Positions 43,241-44,135 of a DNA stretch of 44,135 nucleotides are shown here, one piece after another (position 1 is the first letter of the stretch; each line of letters opens with the position of its first letter). Under the pieces are notes generated by a model. The model made no database searches. It saw only the letters and a program-made list of their open reading frames with translations, and had not been told where the DNA came from. The DNA comes from an uncultured Candidatus Saccharibacteria bacterium (GTDB lineage Bacteria > Patescibacteriota > Minisyncoccia > Minisyncoccales > Staskawiczbacteraceae). The DNA lies in the NCBI GenBank assembly GCA_964397155.1, contig CAYNHB010000002.1, positions 1 through 44,135 on the forward strand, read 5' to 3'. Both the position numbers and the translations under genes were made by a program.

Positions 43241-43266
43241 GCTTCTATTATTGTAGGGGCTTTTTT
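43241..43266 (+). terminator. intrinsic terminator between the convergent XRE and mfd genes
   Basis: GCTTCTA-6 nt-TAGGGGC (two G.U pairs) followed by TTTTTTGTTGTTTTTT. Confidence 0.5.
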
Positions 43267-43274
43267 GTTGTTTT

Positions 43275-44135
43275 TTATTCTCGCATTTTTTCTATAGCTT
43301 CAGATAATATTTGAGAATACAAGTTCAACCCTATTTTATTTATGGCGCCTGATTGCTCGCGGCCGAGTATGTTTCCTGCTCCCCGTAACTCTAAATCTTT
43401 AATAGCAATCCTATAGCCAGAACCGAGCTCTTGCGCATCTTCAAGGGCTTTCAAGCGCTCTTTAGATGAGGGAGTTAATTGTTTTGGCTCATATAAAAAA
43501 TAAGCAAAACCTTTTTTATCAGACCTGCCAACCCTTCCTCTTATCTGGTGGGCCTGTGAAAGCCCTAGGAGGGTTGCGTCTTCTATTATAATAGTGTTTA
43601 CGTTTGCCAGGTCTAATCCGTTTTCAATAATTGTTGTTGCTACAAGCACATTTGTGTTTTGCTTTTGGAAATCATCCATTATTCCAACCAGCTTTTTTTC
43701 GGGCATTCTGCCATGAATTATGCTTATCCTTGCTTTTTTACAAAGCTTTTTTATCTTTTCTGCTGTTTTTTCTATTGTCTGCACTCTGTTGTGCAAAAAA
43801 TAAATCTGGCCTTTCCTTTTTAGTTCAAAGTTTATTATTTTTTTAATGGTTTTGTCTGAATACGGCAAAACCTGGGTTTTGATTGCCTGCCTTCCTTTTG
43901 GCGGAGTTTGTATCAAACTTATATCCTTGAAAGACGACATGGTCAAATATATGGTTCTCGGAATCGGAGTGGCCGACAAACTTAAAACATCCAAAGACGA
44001 TTTTAGCTGTCTTAGGCGCTCTTTTTGTTTTACTCCAAACCTTTGTTCGTCATCAATAATAAGCAGTTGGAGGTTTAAAAAATCAATATCTTTTGACAAA
44101 ATTCGGTGTGTGCCTATTATAATATCAATTCTGCC
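43275..44135 (-). CDS. mfd: transcription-repair coupling factor Mfd, C-terminal part; the 5' end lies outside the window
   Basis: The frame stays open to base 44135 (GRIDIIIGTHRILSKDIDF...IIDDEQRFGV). Helicase motifs SATPIPRT, QAHQIRGRVGRS and a TRG-like region. The Met at 44099 in the ORF track is an internal TTG. Confidence 0.9.
   Translation of the reverse strand, partial: GRIDIIIGTHRILSKDIDFLNLQLLIIDDEQRFGVKQKERLRQLKSSLDVLSLSATPIPRTIYLTMSSFKDISLIQTPPKGRQAIKTQVLPYSDKTIKKIINFELKRKGQIYFLHNRVQTIEKTAEKIKKLCKKARISIIHGRMPEKKLVGIMDDFQKQNTNVLVATTIIENGLDLANVNTIIIEDATLLGLSQAHQIRGRVGRSDKKGFAYFLYEPKQLTPSSKERLKALEDAQELGSGYRIAIKDLELRGAGNILGREQSGAINKIGLNLYSQILSEAIEKMRE

Noticed and set aside
1-44135. 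Alternative genetic code (UGA as Gly, as in some CPR lineages)
   Set aside because: Many well-conserved genes here terminate at UGA at the expected length (for example glyA, csrA and the wHTH-Cas2-like gene at 42798-42800). No conserved protein needs read-through of an in-frame stop.
1-44135. Mobile elements, prophage, retron/DGR, restriction-modification or known defence systems
   Set aside because: No transposase, integrase, reverse transcriptase, methyltransferase, large ATPase/helicase-nuclease pair or terminal inverted repeats were recognisable in any frame.

Overview
This is an AT-rich, very compact, mostly housekeeping segment. From gene content I infer a small-genome Patescibacteria/CPR-type bacterium: five aaRS genes (argS, ileS, glyQS, metG, leuS), archaeal-type pyrH, PolX, endonuclease Q, IorAB, many overlapping genes, and UGA used as a stop. 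I call 47 protein-coding genes, one tmRNA, one tRNA-Leu(CAA), one possible thioredoxin pseudogene, and several promoters, terminators and palindromes read directly from the sequence. I found no CRISPR array, transposase, integrase, reverse transcriptase or recognisable defence system.

Three things stand out:
- Five short islands are visibly richer in G+C (about 2.85-3.24, 8.69-10.49, 25.96-26.50, 28.19-28.77 and 42.90-43.27 kb). They carry small orphan genes plus a csrA and an XRE regulator. Most show a near-consensus TTGACA/TTGAAA promoter, a GGAGG/AGGA-type Shine-Dalgarno and an intrinsic terminator. The backbone genes I inspected lack an SD.
- Two paralogous wHTH plus Cas2-like/PaaX-like genes are each bracketed by copies of a 36-bp ATAC...GTAT palindrome. 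One copy is a perfect 38-mer.
- A promoter-to-terminator unit of about 180 nt (559-771) has no convincing ORF and may be a structured RNA or leader.

These are the best candidates for something undescribed. All functional interpretations are inferences that I could not test without database or folding tools. GC statements are by-eye estimates, not computed values.
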